Assembly: GCA_963696805.1 (NCBI GenBank)
Contig: CAVOLF010000005.1
Location: 302,624-366,623 of the forward strand
DNA: 64,000 nt
Direction of reading: 5' to 3'
Source: an uncultured Rikenellaceae bacterium
Lineage (GTDB): Bacteria; Bacteroidota; Bacteroidia; Bacteroidales; VadinHA17
Of the stretch, positions 18,545-27,955 are shown one piece after another. Position 1 is the first letter of the stretch; every line of letters begins with the position of its first letter. The translations under genes and the position numbers were made by a program. The notes beneath the pieces are model-generated. The model searched no databases. It saw nothing but the letters and a program-made list of their open reading frames with translations, and had not been told where the DNA came from.

Positions 18545-21500
18545 ATGGAAAATACATCCAAATGGCAGAAGGAGATGCAGAAGCTTCTGGCAGAGAAAAT
18601 CCAGAGTCAGAAGGGTCTATCCATTATTTACACAATAAACAAGATAATCAGCAAAAAGGGCAGTGTAGAAAACACCCTGCTTGAAATTGTGAAGGAAATT
18701 CCGAAGGCATGGCAGTTTTCGGAGTATGCCTATGCACGTGTAAAGTATGATGGCAGGGAATACCGCCCTGATGATTTCAGGGAGTCGCGCTGGATTCAGA
18801 AGCAGGTTTTTGAAACTTACGATAAGAAATGGGGAGCCATCGATGTCTTCTACACGAAGCAGTTCCCCAGGGCTGATGAAGGACCCTTCCTGCATGAAGA
18901 GAGGCAGTTGCTCGAGAACATAGCCACTATTGTGTTGAACTTTCTGAATTCTCAGCTGGCGGCCGGACGTTCGGAAGAAATCGAGGAGGAAACCACAGAA
19001 AGGCTGGAACAAACGCGGAAACTGAGTGAAGAAAAGAATATAAGTGAGACCCTGACTCAGATATGCAGGAACATGCCCAGGTCATGGAACTATCCTGAAT
19101 ACGCTGTTGCAAGGATTGTATACGGCGGCAAGGAATACGTTAGTTCCGACAAGAGCTTTGAAGATCATAAATGGAGCCTGAAGGAGGAATTTACCACCAT
19201 TGACAACAAGCCAGGCAAGATCGAATTCTACTATCTGAAGGGGTTTCCGGTTACCGAGGAGGAGGCTTACATGAAATCGGAGAGTGTCCTTCTGAGCAAT
19301 ATGGCAAACCTTATCACCGGCTTTTTGAACATTATCAAGGGCAATGAAATCAGAAATCCCGCCGACAGGGGAGAAGTAGTGCCGGGCGGAACGAATGGGA
19401 ACACAAGGATATTTGCTTCAATCAATGAGATCTCGAAGCGACTGAGGAACGGACTCTCGATTGGCACCACACTGAGTGAGATTGTGGATATTATTCCAGG
19501 GGCGTTCCGATCTCCGGAGGAAATTAAATGCCGCATTACATATGATGAAAAAGAGTATTCCTCTGAAGGCCTTGTGAAGACCCCGGTACTTCTGAATGCT
19601 AATTTCAAGACCATTTCGGCAAAGCTCGGGTCAGTAGAGGTATATTATTCAGGAGAAAACAGCACCGGTGATGAAGAACCATTCCTGGAGGAGGAAAAGC
19701 AATATGTTGAGACCCTGGCGCTACTTATCTCGGGATTCATCAACCTGATCTACGGGCTTGATACCGTCATTGCCACGGAAATGGGCATGAAGAAGATCAT
19801 GTACGAAAAGACGGAGCGCCTGAAGGAATTATCGTGCATTAACCAGACAACCTCAATTCTTCAAGCCGAAAAATCGCTTGAAAATGCATTGAAGCAAATA
19901 GTCTACATCATGCCTGATGCCTGGCAGTATCCCGAACACACTGTGGCAAGGATCAGCTACGACGGGCAGGAATATACATCGCCGGGCTTCATAGTGACCA
20001 AGTGGAGGCAGCGGCAGCCGTTTCTGACGATTGATGATAAAATAGGGGAGATAGAGGTATATTATACCAAAGACTTTCCGGATATGCATGAAGGCCCCTT
20101 CATGAAGGAGGAGAGGGATCTGATCAACAATATCTCGTCACTGATCTGTAACTATCTGAACTCCAGGCAGGGGGAGGTTGCCATCAAAAAGTACAGGACA
20201 GACGAAGAGCTCAAGCAGAAGTTCGAAGCTGCCAAGGATTTTCTGCTGAATAAGCGCAAACTGCTTCAGAATTTCCTCGAGAAGAACAATTATGACCGTG
20301 ACATATTTCATGATCTCATGAAATTCAAGGTCAAGGAGATATTGATCATATCCAATCTTTATGATGCATACAGCCTTGAACGTGAAGGCAAATTCTCGGA
20401 TTACATACTGGGCGTATACTACCAGCTGAATCTGACCACCATACCCCGTATCACCGGTGTTTCATCATTTGAAGAGGCCCTGGAGAAGCTCTACCTGAAG
20501 CACTTTGACCTGATAATCATTATGGTGGGTGTTGACAAGAAGGCCCCTATGGAGATTGCAAAGAAGCTTAAGTCGCTTTACCAGTACATACCAATTTATC
20601 TCCTGCTCAACAATAATCAGTACATAGGCTTTTTCCAGGGAGAACAGAAGCGAACCAGTCTTATCGACAATGTATTTGTATGGAACGGAGATTCGCGGAT
20701 CTTTTTTGCAATGGTGAAGCAGCTCGAGGACTATGTGAATGTTGAAAACGACACGAAGGTGGGCTACAGTCGCATAATATTGCTGGTTGAAGACTCGGCA
20801 AAATATTACTCGAGATATATCCCGCTTCTTTACCACTGCGTGATGGAGCAGACCAGGCGCATCATTGAGGATGTCAGCACCATGGATGAATTGTACAAGG
20901 TTCTGCGCCTGAGGGTACGTCCCAAAATTCTGATGGCGTCAAATTATGAAGATGCCATCAGGATATTTAAAAAGTACACCGAATTCTTTCTTTGCCTGAT
21001 AACCGATGTGAAGTTTCAGAAAGACGGGGCATTTGATGAGAATGCGGGATTTGAGCTGGTCAGGGCCATCAAGTCAGAGATTCCTGATCTTCCCACTATT
21101 ATTCAGTCGTCTGACAGGGAAAATGAGAAACAGGCAAAGGAGCTCAACTGCGTATTCATCTACAAGAACTCCGATACTCTTGCACAGGATATAAGGCACT
21201 TCATCAGCTTTCATCTGGGTTTTGGCGATTTCATCTACAAGGATGAAACCGGGAAGACAATCGGTACTGCGAAGAACATGAATGAGTTCGAGATCCAGCT
21301 TCAGTCGATCCCGACGGAGACCCTGTTGTACCACGCCCGCAAGAATCATTTCTCCCTGTGGCTCACTGCCCGCGGTGAAATTCAGCTTGCCAGGGAGATT
21401 GCCCCCAAGAGAATAAGCGATTTCAAGAATGCCGAATCGCTGAGAGACTACCTGGTTGATGTGGTCAAGAGGCTCAAATATGAGAAGAACAAAGGCAAAA

Positions 21501-23218
21501 TTGTTGAATTTGACGAGACCCTGATTCTCGAGGAGAGCAATATCATACAGCTGTCTCCGGGAGCACTGGGGGGTAAAGGACGGGGACTGGCATTTATTCA
21601 TACCCTGATTTACAATTTCGACATTTCAAATTATGTTCCCGGCATCAATATCAAGGCTCCGCGAACCTTTATAATCGGCACCAATGAGTTTGAGGATTTC
21701 CTGGACAATAACAAGCTGAGAAGCAGGATTTATTCTGAAACCAACTACGAGACTATTAAAGAACTGTTCATCAGCGGTGTGCTTTCTCAACAGCTGATTG
21801 ACAAGCTCCGCATTATCCTGGTTAAAATCACAAAGCCTCTGGCTGTCCGTTCATCAGGTCTCTTTGAGGATTCGTTGATGCAGCCCTTTGCGGGGATTTT
21901 TGAGACCTATCTTCTGCCGAATATCAACGATGAGCCCGAAGTCAGACTCACCCAGCTCATGGATGCCATCAAGCTGGTATATGCATCCATTTACTCAGAA
22001 ACGGCCCGCGGGTATATAAGCGCCATCAACTACAAGATTGAAGAGGAGAAAATGGCTGTCATTATCCAGGAGGTAGTGGGTGAGCAATATGAAAACACCT
22101 ATTATCCGCACATCAGCGGAGTCAGCCAGTCATACAATTATTACCCTTACGGGCACATGCAGCCGGAAGACGGGTTTGCAGTGCTTGCCGTGGGCCTGGG
22201 GACCTACGTTGTTGAAGGGGAAAAGGCATTCAGGTTTTCGCCAAAATACCCCAACCTGGAGAATAATTCCCCAAAGGATCAATATCTTAATTCCCAGGTT
22301 GAACTCTATGCCGTTGACCTCGGGAAGAAGGAGATCAACCTGCTTGAAGGCGACACCGCAGGACTGGTTCGTTTAAGCATAGAGGATGCGGAACGTCACG
22401 GAGTGATAAGGCACTGCGCCTCCGTTTATTCAGCTGAAAGCAAAACTATTTATCCCGGTATAGACAGGCCTGGTCCGCGCATCATCAATTTTGCCGATAT
22501 TCTGAAGTATGATTACATACCGCTGGCCAAGTCACTGACGGAGATCCTTGATATTGTCAAGGAAGCCCTTGGCACTCCGGTTGAGATCGAGTTTGCCGTT
22601 GACCTGACCAGGGACAGCGATTACAAGGCCTCGTTCTACCTGCTGCAGATCAAACCCATAATTGGAGCCTCACTTGACTACGATGTAAACATGGATGAGA
22701 TTGACAGATCACGCATCCTGCTTTTTACTGAAAAGAGTATGGGGAATGGCATGATTGGCAATATTCAGGATGTGATTTATGTTGACAGGAATCTGTTTGA
22801 CAAAACCAAAACCCTGGAGATTGCAGCCGAGATAGATGAGTTCAACGATGAGATGATCAGAAGCGGCAGGCAGTATATTTTGCTCGGACCCGGCCGATGG
22901 GGAACGCGTGACAGGTGGATCGGCATTCCTGTGACGTGGCCGCAGATATGCAATGCAAAAATAATAATCGAAACCAGCCTGGAGGATTTTCCCCTTGACG
23001 CTTCCTCAGGCTCTCACTTCTTCCACAATGTCACGTCTATGAATGTGGGCTATTTTTCAATTCAGCATAATCAGAAGGGTTCCGTATTGAACTGGGATAT
23101 TCTGAGGGAACAGAAGGTCATCAGGCAGGGCCGGTATGTCACGCATGTTCAGTTTGAGAAGAACCTGACGGTAAAAATGGACGGGAAGAAGCGGATTTCC
23201 GTGATTACATGGGAATAA
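18545..23218 (+). CDS. Four GAF-like repeats plus receiver-like domains plus PPDK-type ATP-grasp domain (paralogue of 13999-16962)
   Basis: Four ~100-130-aa repeats (PxAWQYPExxxARIxYDGxEY...GxIEVYY...EGPFxxEE); ILLVEDS and LITDV receiver motifs; GGKGRGLAF, AVRSSGLFEDS, FAGIFETY, GPGRWGT, SSGSHFFHN. Confidence 0.88.
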   Translation: MENTSKWQKEMQKLLAEKIQSQKGLSIIYTINKIISKKGSVENTLLEIVKEIPKAWQFSEYAYARVKYDGREYRPDDFRESRWIQKQVFETYDKKWGAIDVFYTKQFPRADEGPFLHEERQLLENIATIVLNFLNSQLAAGRSEEIEEETTERLEQTRKLSEEKNISETLTQICRNMPRSWNYPEYAVARIVYGGKEYVSSDKSFEDHKWSLKEEFTTIDNKPGKIEFYYLKGFPVTEEEAYMKSESVLLSNMANLITGFLNIIKGNEIRNPADRGEVVPGGTNGNTRIFASINEISKRLRNGLSIGTTLSEIVDIIPGAFRSPEEIKCRITYDEKEYSSEGLVKTPVLLNANFKTISAKLGSVEVYYSGENSTGDEEPFLEEEKQYVETLALLISGFINLIYGLDTVIATEMGMKKIMYEKTERLKELSCINQTTSILQAEKSLENALKQIVYIMPDAWQYPEHTVARISYDGQEYTSPGFIVTKWRQRQPFLTIDDKIGEIEVYYTKDFPDMHEGPFMKEERDLINNISSLICNYLNSRQGEVAIKKYRTDEELKQKFEAAKDFLLNKRKLLQNFLEKNNYDRDIFHDLMKFKVKEILIISNLYDAYSLEREGKFSDYILGVYYQLNLTTIPRITGVSSFEEALEKLYLKHFDLIIIMVGVDKKAPMEIAKKLKSLYQYIPIYLLLNNNQYIGFFQGEQKRTSLIDNVFVWNGDSRIFFAMVKQLEDYVNVENDTKVGYSRIILLVEDSAKYYSRYIPLLYHCVMEQTRRIIEDVSTMDELYKVLRLRVRPKILMASNYEDAIRIFKKYTEFFLCLITDVKFQKDGAFDENAGFELVRAIKSEIPDLPTIIQSSDRENEKQAKELNCVFIYKNSDTLAQDIRHFISFHLGFGDFIYKDETGKTIGTAKNMNEFEIQLQSIPTETLLYHARKNHFSLWLTARGEIQLAREIAPKRISDFKNAESLRDYLVDVVKRLKYEKNKGKIVEFDETLILEESNIIQLSPGALGGKGRGLAFIHTLIYNFDISNYVPGINIKAPRTFIIGTNEFEDFLDNNKLRSRIYSETNYETIKELFISGVLSQQLIDKLRIILVKITKPLAVRSSGLFEDSLMQPFAGIFETYLLPNINDEPEVRLTQLMDAIKLVYASIYSETARGYISAINYKIEEEKMAVIIQEVVGEQYENTYYPHISGVSQSYNYYPYGHMQPEDGFAVLAVGLGTYVVEGEKAFRFSPKYPNLENNSPKDQYLNSQVELYAVDLGKKEINLLEGDTAGLVRLSIEDAERHGVIRHCASVYSAESKTIYPGIDRPGPRIINFADILKYDYIPLAKSLTEILDIVKEALGTPVEIEFAVDLTRDSDYKASFYLLQIKPIIGASLDYDVNMDEIDRSRILLFTEKSMGNGMIGNIQDVIYVDRNLFDKTKTLEIAAEIDEFNDEMIRSGRQYILLGPGRWGTRDRWIGIPVTWPQICNAKIIIETSLEDFPLDASSGSHFFHNVTSMNVGYFSIQHNQKGSVLNWDILREQKVIRQGRYVTHVQFEKNLTVKMDGKKRISVITWE

Positions 23219-23229
23219 AGGTCTGAAGT

Positions 23230-23329
23230 GATTTGCGATTTGCGATTTGCGATTTTTGATTAAATCGACAATCGAAAATTCTTCTCACTATTGCCTACTG
23301 CCTATTGCCTCATACGACTGAAGACTGAC
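23230..23329. repeat. Cluster of heptamer tandem repeats in a convergent intergenic region
   Basis: GATTTGC x3 plus GATTTTT followed by AATCG units; CTATTGC-CTACTGC-CTATTGC; GACTGAA-GACTGAC. Confidence 0.75.
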
Positions 23330-23331
23330 GG

Positions 23332-24453
23332 CTACAGGTCTTTCTGGTATATTCTGAATTTCTTGACGACTTTACAGCCGATCCTTTCGTATTCCCCTCT
23401 CATTCTCATGTTATCCTCAAGGACGAGGTGGCTGTCAAGGCTTTCCATCCGGCTGTTAATTCCGTCGCGGAGTATCTTGACACCCATCAGCACATCGATG
23501 CCCTTTCCCCTGAACTCCTTCTTCACCCCGCCGAGCATCATTATCAGTTTCCTTGATCTTTTTGATTCCCTAAGTACCTTAAATATCCCGAAGGGCAACA
23601 GTCTGCCACGGCAAGCCTTTATGCCGGCGCTCAGGTCAGGCAATCCTATGGCAAACCCGATCAGCTGGCCATCTTTCTCAACCACCTTGATGAATTTCGG
23701 ATCGATGATCGGCATGTAACGTGCCGCAAAATCCGACTTTTCTTTGTCATTGAGGGGCACGAAGCCATATATCTCCGAAAAAGTATCATTCATAAGCTCA
23801 AGGACCCTCAGAATATATGGCTTGAGTTGCTTTTTGGTGGGAAATTCGGTGATTGTAAATTCCCGGGTTCTGTTGATCCTTTCCAGCACCCTTTCATATA
23901 CTTCCGGAAACTCCTTCGGCATTTTTCCGAGATAATTCACCAGGTCAACCTTCTTGCCATAACCCTCATTTTCTATAAGGTTGACCATATATGGAGAGTT
24001 GTTTGCGCTGGTAATGAACTGCGGGTATTCAAAGCCTTCGATCTGAAATCCCTGAGGATCCTTGTCGGAAAATCCGAGCGGGCCTATCATTTTCGTCATT
24101 CCGTTTTGCCTGGCCCATTCTTCAACCCTTGTGATGAGCGCATGGAACACCTCTCTGTCTTCGTAGCATTCCATAAAACAGAATCGGCCATGCTGCTCAT
24201 TGTGAATATCATTGTATCTCCTGTTTATGAGCCCCATGATCCTTCCGGCCGGTTTGCCGTCCCGGTAAGCAAGAAGGATCAGGGCATCGGCATAGCCGAA
24301 AGATTTGTTTTTCTTCCTGTCAAACAGCTCCCACTCATCCATGTAGATTGGCGGCAGCCATTCAGATTCATTGCGGTGAACCTTTTCAGGCAGATAGATG
24401 AAATCACGCAGATCTTTCCGCGTGACTACTTCTTTTACGGTAATTTCCCCCAT
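23332..24453 (-). CDS. YghO-like GNAT-fold acyltransferase (bacterial ceramide synthase-like family)
   Basis: ITVKEV..KDLRDFIYLP...WLPP...GRIMGLIN...GRFCFMEC...EEWARQNGM..MIGPLGFS...GFQIEGF...LVLEDN...K.FRIYQKDL. Confidence 0.72.
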   Translation of the reverse strand: MGEITVKEVVTRKDLRDFIYLPEKVHRNESEWLPPIYMDEWELFDRKKNKSFGYADALILLAYRDGKPAGRIMGLINRRYNDIHNEQHGRFCFMECYEDREVFHALITRVEEWARQNGMTKMIGPLGFSDKDPQGFQIEGFEYPQFITSANNSPYMVNLIENEGYGKKVDLVNYLGKMPKEFPEVYERVLERINRTREFTITEFPTKKQLKPYILRVLELMNDTFSEIYGFVPLNDKEKSDFAARYMPIIDPKFIKVVEKDGQLIGFAIGLPDLSAGIKACRGRLLPFGIFKVLRESKRSRKLIMMLGGVKKEFRGKGIDVLMGVKILRDGINSRMESLDSHLVLEDNMRMRGEYERIGCKVVKKFRIYQKDL

Positions 24454-24484
24454 GACGGTCAGTTTGGCTTTCAACAAATATAGT

Positions 24485-25201
24485 TTATGATTTTAATTGT
24501 GAGTTCCTTTTGTCAATTTCATCAGCTATGCGGAGTAATTTCCTGGTATCAATGATATTGACAATGAAGATGGCTGTGACCAGGAGGCCTGCTGATAATA
24601 CAATGGATCCGGGCAGCAGGACCTCTGCCACCATTACGGTGCCGACCATTATCCTGACTTCCGTAGGGCCCAGTTTCCCGGAGTCAATTGAATATTTCCC
24701 CGTGATCCTGTATCTGATAAGGGCAAGTATAATCTCCCATGCATACATTGAAACGAAGCCATAGCCAAACACCTCCCAGACACCCTCGGCATAGATGATA
24801 TAGCCCAGGCCGATGAGTATGATACTTAGCCAGTCGATGGTTATGTCAAGGGTAAAACCATACTGTTTTCTTGGTTTTTTCCGGTAATAGGCCAGCCTTC
24901 CGTCAAGGGAATCTCCGAACCAGTTTATGATAAATCCCGGCAGTCCGAGAAGCAGCCAGACTCTTTCATAATAGCTGGCAAGCACAAAACTTGCGAACAC
25001 AACTATGTAACCGAAAAAACCGACACCGGTAAGGAAGTTTGAGGTAATCCGCGGGGGAATGCGCTGAACGAGCCATGCAATTGCCTGCTGTTCGTATTTT
25101 TTAAGCAGGTTTGTCCGGGTCCTGTCACCGAAAACAGAATTCAGCACATCGCTGGTTTTCAGCGGCTTCCTGGTTTTAGCTTCCTTTTTAACCTCAGGCA
25201 T
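24485..25201 (-). CDS. CDP-alcohol phosphatidyltransferase family protein
   Basis: NWFGDSLDGRLAYYRKKPRKQYGFTLDITID matches the DxxDGxxA...G...DxxxD signature; GPTEVRI. Confidence 0.88.
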   Translation of the reverse strand: MPEVKKEAKTRKPLKTSDVLNSVFGDRTRTNLLKKYEQQAIAWLVQRIPPRITSNFLTGVGFFGYIVVFASFVLASYYERVWLLLGLPGFIINWFGDSLDGRLAYYRKKPRKQYGFTLDITIDWLSIILIGLGYIIYAEGVWEVFGYGFVSMYAWEIILALIRYRITGKYSIDSGKLGPTEVRIMVGTVMVAEVLLPGSIVLSAGLLVTAIFIVNIIDTRKLLRIADEIDKRNSQLKS

Positions 25202-25202
25202 A

Positions 25203-26075
25203 TCAGGTTGATTTTTGTATCTGCTGATTAATCATATTTCGGGAGACGAAATTCCCCGGGAGAGGCATTTCGTATACCATTTTTCTCAGGAATGATCCAA
25301 GAGATTCAGCATCAGCAAATTGCCGTTGTTCTTCAACGGTTATTATTTTGCCGATGCCAATGCGCGGCTTCTGGTCTTTTTTATTGAACACTTCGGACGG
25401 AAGTCTGAGGAGGCGTATCCTCCAGTTGAGCAATCCCAGGAAATAAAAGAAGTGAGAGTTTTTGTCGAAGAACCGGACAGGCAGAACAGGGACTTTTACC
25501 GATTGAATTATGTGCAGTATGCCAGCCTGCCACTTCCGGTCCCTGACACGGAGATCCTTCAGGCTGAAGTCGGAGACGGCTCCCGAAGGGAAAAAGCCTG
25601 CAGGGTGACCATTGCGGATATGTTCAAGTGTTTCGCGTACCCCCCTTATGCTGGCTGCTTTTATGCCTGTCAATTTATTGCCTGTCGGCGCCACGGAAAT
25701 AAAATTATGGTTAAGGGTCTTTATCATAGAGAGGATCCTGTTGACCATGAATTTGTAATCGGGGCGCAGTCGTGCAAACAGGTCAATCGACATTATTCCG
25801 TCGAGTCCGCCGTATGGATGATTTGACACGGTGATGAAGGGCCCCTCGGGCAGGCTATTCAACCTTTCGGCGTTTCCGACAACATAGTTTACCCCGAGGT
25901 CATCAAGCAGCCTCGAAGTGAATTCAGGGCCGGTCCAGGCGCCGGAGTTATCATAGACCCGGTTCACCTTATCGATTGCCAGAAGCCGTATAGTGAATCC
26001 GGCAAGACGGTGCCCTCTTTCACCCCTGAAAAGGAAAGAGAGACCTTCGAAATCCTTTGGCTCAATAACGTTCAT
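25203..26075 (-). CDS. Lysophospholipid / PlsC-like acyltransferase
   Basis: VSNHPYGGLDG (HxxxxD), FFPSGAVS, D.KW and VPVLPVRF motifs. Confidence 0.85.
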   Translation of the reverse strand: MNVIEPKDFEGLSFLFRGERGHRLAGFTIRLLAIDKVNRVYDNSGAWTGPEFTSRLLDDLGVNYVVGNAERLNSLPEGPFITVSNHPYGGLDGIMSIDLFARLRPDYKFMVNRILSMIKTLNHNFISVAPTGNKLTGIKAASIRGVRETLEHIRNGHPAGFFPSGAVSDFSLKDLRVRDRKWQAGILHIIQSVKVPVLPVRFFDKNSHFFYFLGLLNWRIRLLRLPSEVFNKKDQKPRIGIGKIITVEEQRQFADAESLGSFLRKMVYEMPLPGNFVSRNMINQQIQKST

Positions 26076-26086
26076 AGCAGTGTCAA

Positions 26087-26094
26087 CAAATTTA
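26087..26094 (-). promoter_or_regulatory. Bacteroidota -7 promoter element
   Basis: TAAATTTG on the minus strand just upstream of the acyltransferase start. Confidence 0.5.
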
Positions 26095-26306
26095 ATAATT
26101 ATCCGGAACTACTGCAGGGAGGTGATGGAATTAGAGCATGCGGTAAAAAGGCGGCATTCGGGGCGGTTGTCATGGAAAGGTCTTAATTACCTCATCCGGA
26201 GCGGGAAACAGTGCTTATTTAAATGCTCTTGCCGGCTGTTTTCCAAAAATGGATATATTTAACCCCTGATAACGGGATTCGAACAATAAAAACAAAATAT
26301 CCACCC

Positions 26307-27875
26307 ATGAGAAAATCAAACATTATCACGGCCGTCTTGTCATCCTTGCTAATTATGGGTATGACAGCCTGCTCCACAACCCAGACAGATATGACAAAGG
26401 CGAACATTATCCCGAAACCGGTGACAATAACAGCCACAGGTGAAACATTCACCCTTACCGGTAAGAGCGACATTTATGTTTCAGAGGAGTCGGAGGAGCT
26501 TCTCCGGACGGGCCGGTTTCTGGCTGACAAGCTAAATCCGTCAACCGGTCTTGATATGAAGGTAGTTTCAGACGGCAGGAAGCCGGGCAAGGGAGATATT
26601 CTTCTTGCTCTTTCAGAGGGATATGCAGAGCTGGGTGATGAAGGGTACGAACTGGCAGTCACCGGTAAATTATTGAAAATAACCGCAAATAAGCCGGCAG
26701 GATTGTTTTACGGAGTACAGACCCTGAGGCAGCTTTTACCGGCGAAAGTGGAGATGACCACTCTGCAGGAGGGTCCGTGGGAGATTTCCACCGGGACGAT
26801 CCGTGATTATCCTGTCTATTCATACCGGGGTGCCATGCGTGATGTAGCCCGTCATTTCTTCGGAGCGGAGGATATAAAGATCTTTATTGATCAGATGGCA
26901 GCCTACAAGATGAATGTCCTGCACCTGCACCTCTCAGACGATCAGGGCTGGAGGATAGATATCAGCTCATGGCCCAACCTTGCCATCCATGGTGGAAGTA
27001 CCCAGGTAGGCGGAGGGGAAGGCGGTTTTTATACCAGTGAGCAGTATTCTGATATGGTTAAGTTTGCACAGGAGAGGTATGTCACAATCATTCCCGAGAT
27101 TGACATGCCGGGCCACACCAATGCCGCACTTGCTTCCTATCCTGAGTTGAACATAAGCCGGGTGTCCCCTGAGTTGTATACAGGCATCAAGGTCGGATTC
27201 AGCACCCTGGACACGAAATCTGAAATAACCTACAAATTTGTGGATGATGTTTTCCGTGAACTCTCCGCCCTGACACCAGGGCCATATCTTCATATAGGAG
27301 GGGACGAGTCTCATGTCACAAGGCTTGCAGATTACATTCCCTTCATCAACAGGGCTCAGGATATCGTCACCGCCCACGGCAAGCAGGTGATAGGATGGGA
27401 CGAGATTGCGCTGGCTACACTGAAGCCCAACACTATTGTCCAGTACTGGGCCAGGGCCGATAACGCCATCAAGGGGATGAACCAGGGAGCAAAGGTACTG
27501 ATGTCGCCGGCCAGGTATGCATACCTTGACATGAAGTATGATTCGACCAGCATCTACGGGTTGAACTGGGCCGGGTACATAGAGGTGGACCACGGTTACA
27601 ACTGGGATCCTGCAACACTGGTGCCGGAGATAAAAAGGGAAAGCATCATCGGAATAGAAGCCCCGCTATGGTCCGAGACCGTTTCAAACCGTGTGGAAGC
27701 CGAATACCTCCTCTTCCCGAGGTTGCTGGGTTATGCCGAGATCGGGTGGACCCCTGCCGAACAGCGCAGCTGGGATGATTACAAACTGCGTCTCGGCGCC
27801 CAGGGTGAACGTTTGGAAGCGATGGGCATCAGCTTTTACCGGTCAGGAAAGGTGGAATGGGGGCAACAGGAATAG
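26307..27875 (+). CDS. GH20 beta-N-acetylhexosaminidase lipoprotein
   Basis: Lipobox MTAC; YRGAM.DVARHF, HLHLSDDQGWR, IIPEIDMPGH, HIGGDE, LWSE; start placed at MRKSN. Confidence 0.93.
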   Translation: MRKSNIITAVLSSLLIMGMTACSTTQTDMTKANIIPKPVTITATGETFTLTGKSDIYVSEESEELLRTGRFLADKLNPSTGLDMKVVSDGRKPGKGDILLALSEGYAELGDEGYELAVTGKLLKITANKPAGLFYGVQTLRQLLPAKVEMTTLQEGPWEISTGTIRDYPVYSYRGAMRDVARHFFGAEDIKIFIDQMAAYKMNVLHLHLSDDQGWRIDISSWPNLAIHGGSTQVGGGEGGFYTSEQYSDMVKFAQERYVTIIPEIDMPGHTNAALASYPELNISRVSPELYTGIKVGFSTLDTKSEITYKFVDDVFRELSALTPGPYLHIGGDESHVTRLADYIPFINRAQDIVTAHGKQVIGWDEIALATLKPNTIVQYWARADNAIKGMNQGAKVLMSPARYAYLDMKYDSTSIYGLNWAGYIEVDHGYNWDPATLVPEIKRESIIGIEAPLWSETVSNRVEAEYLLFPRLLGYAEIGWTPAEQRSWDDYKLRLGAQGERLEAMGISFYRSGKVEWGQQE

Positions 27876-27955
27876 AAGTCCTGTACCAAAGCATGGCATA
27901 AGAGCCTGCCATAAATGAAACAAGAAGATCGCATAATTCCGAAAAAACTGTCAAA

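Noticed and set aside
13999..23218. Calling the two large ATP-grasp proteins ppsA or ppdK
   Set aside because: They lack the PEP/pyruvate-binding barrel and carry receiver-like domains, so canonical PEP synthase function is unsupported.
13951..23327. Mobile element bounded by 12-bp inverted repeats
   Set aside because: No transposase or recombinase, no target duplication seen, the repeats are low-complexity heptamers, and the cargo includes core gdhA.
26095..26300. Possible riboswitch in the divergent spacer before GH20
   Set aside because: I could not match any known riboswitch consensus by eye; an Rfam/Infernal scan would be needed.
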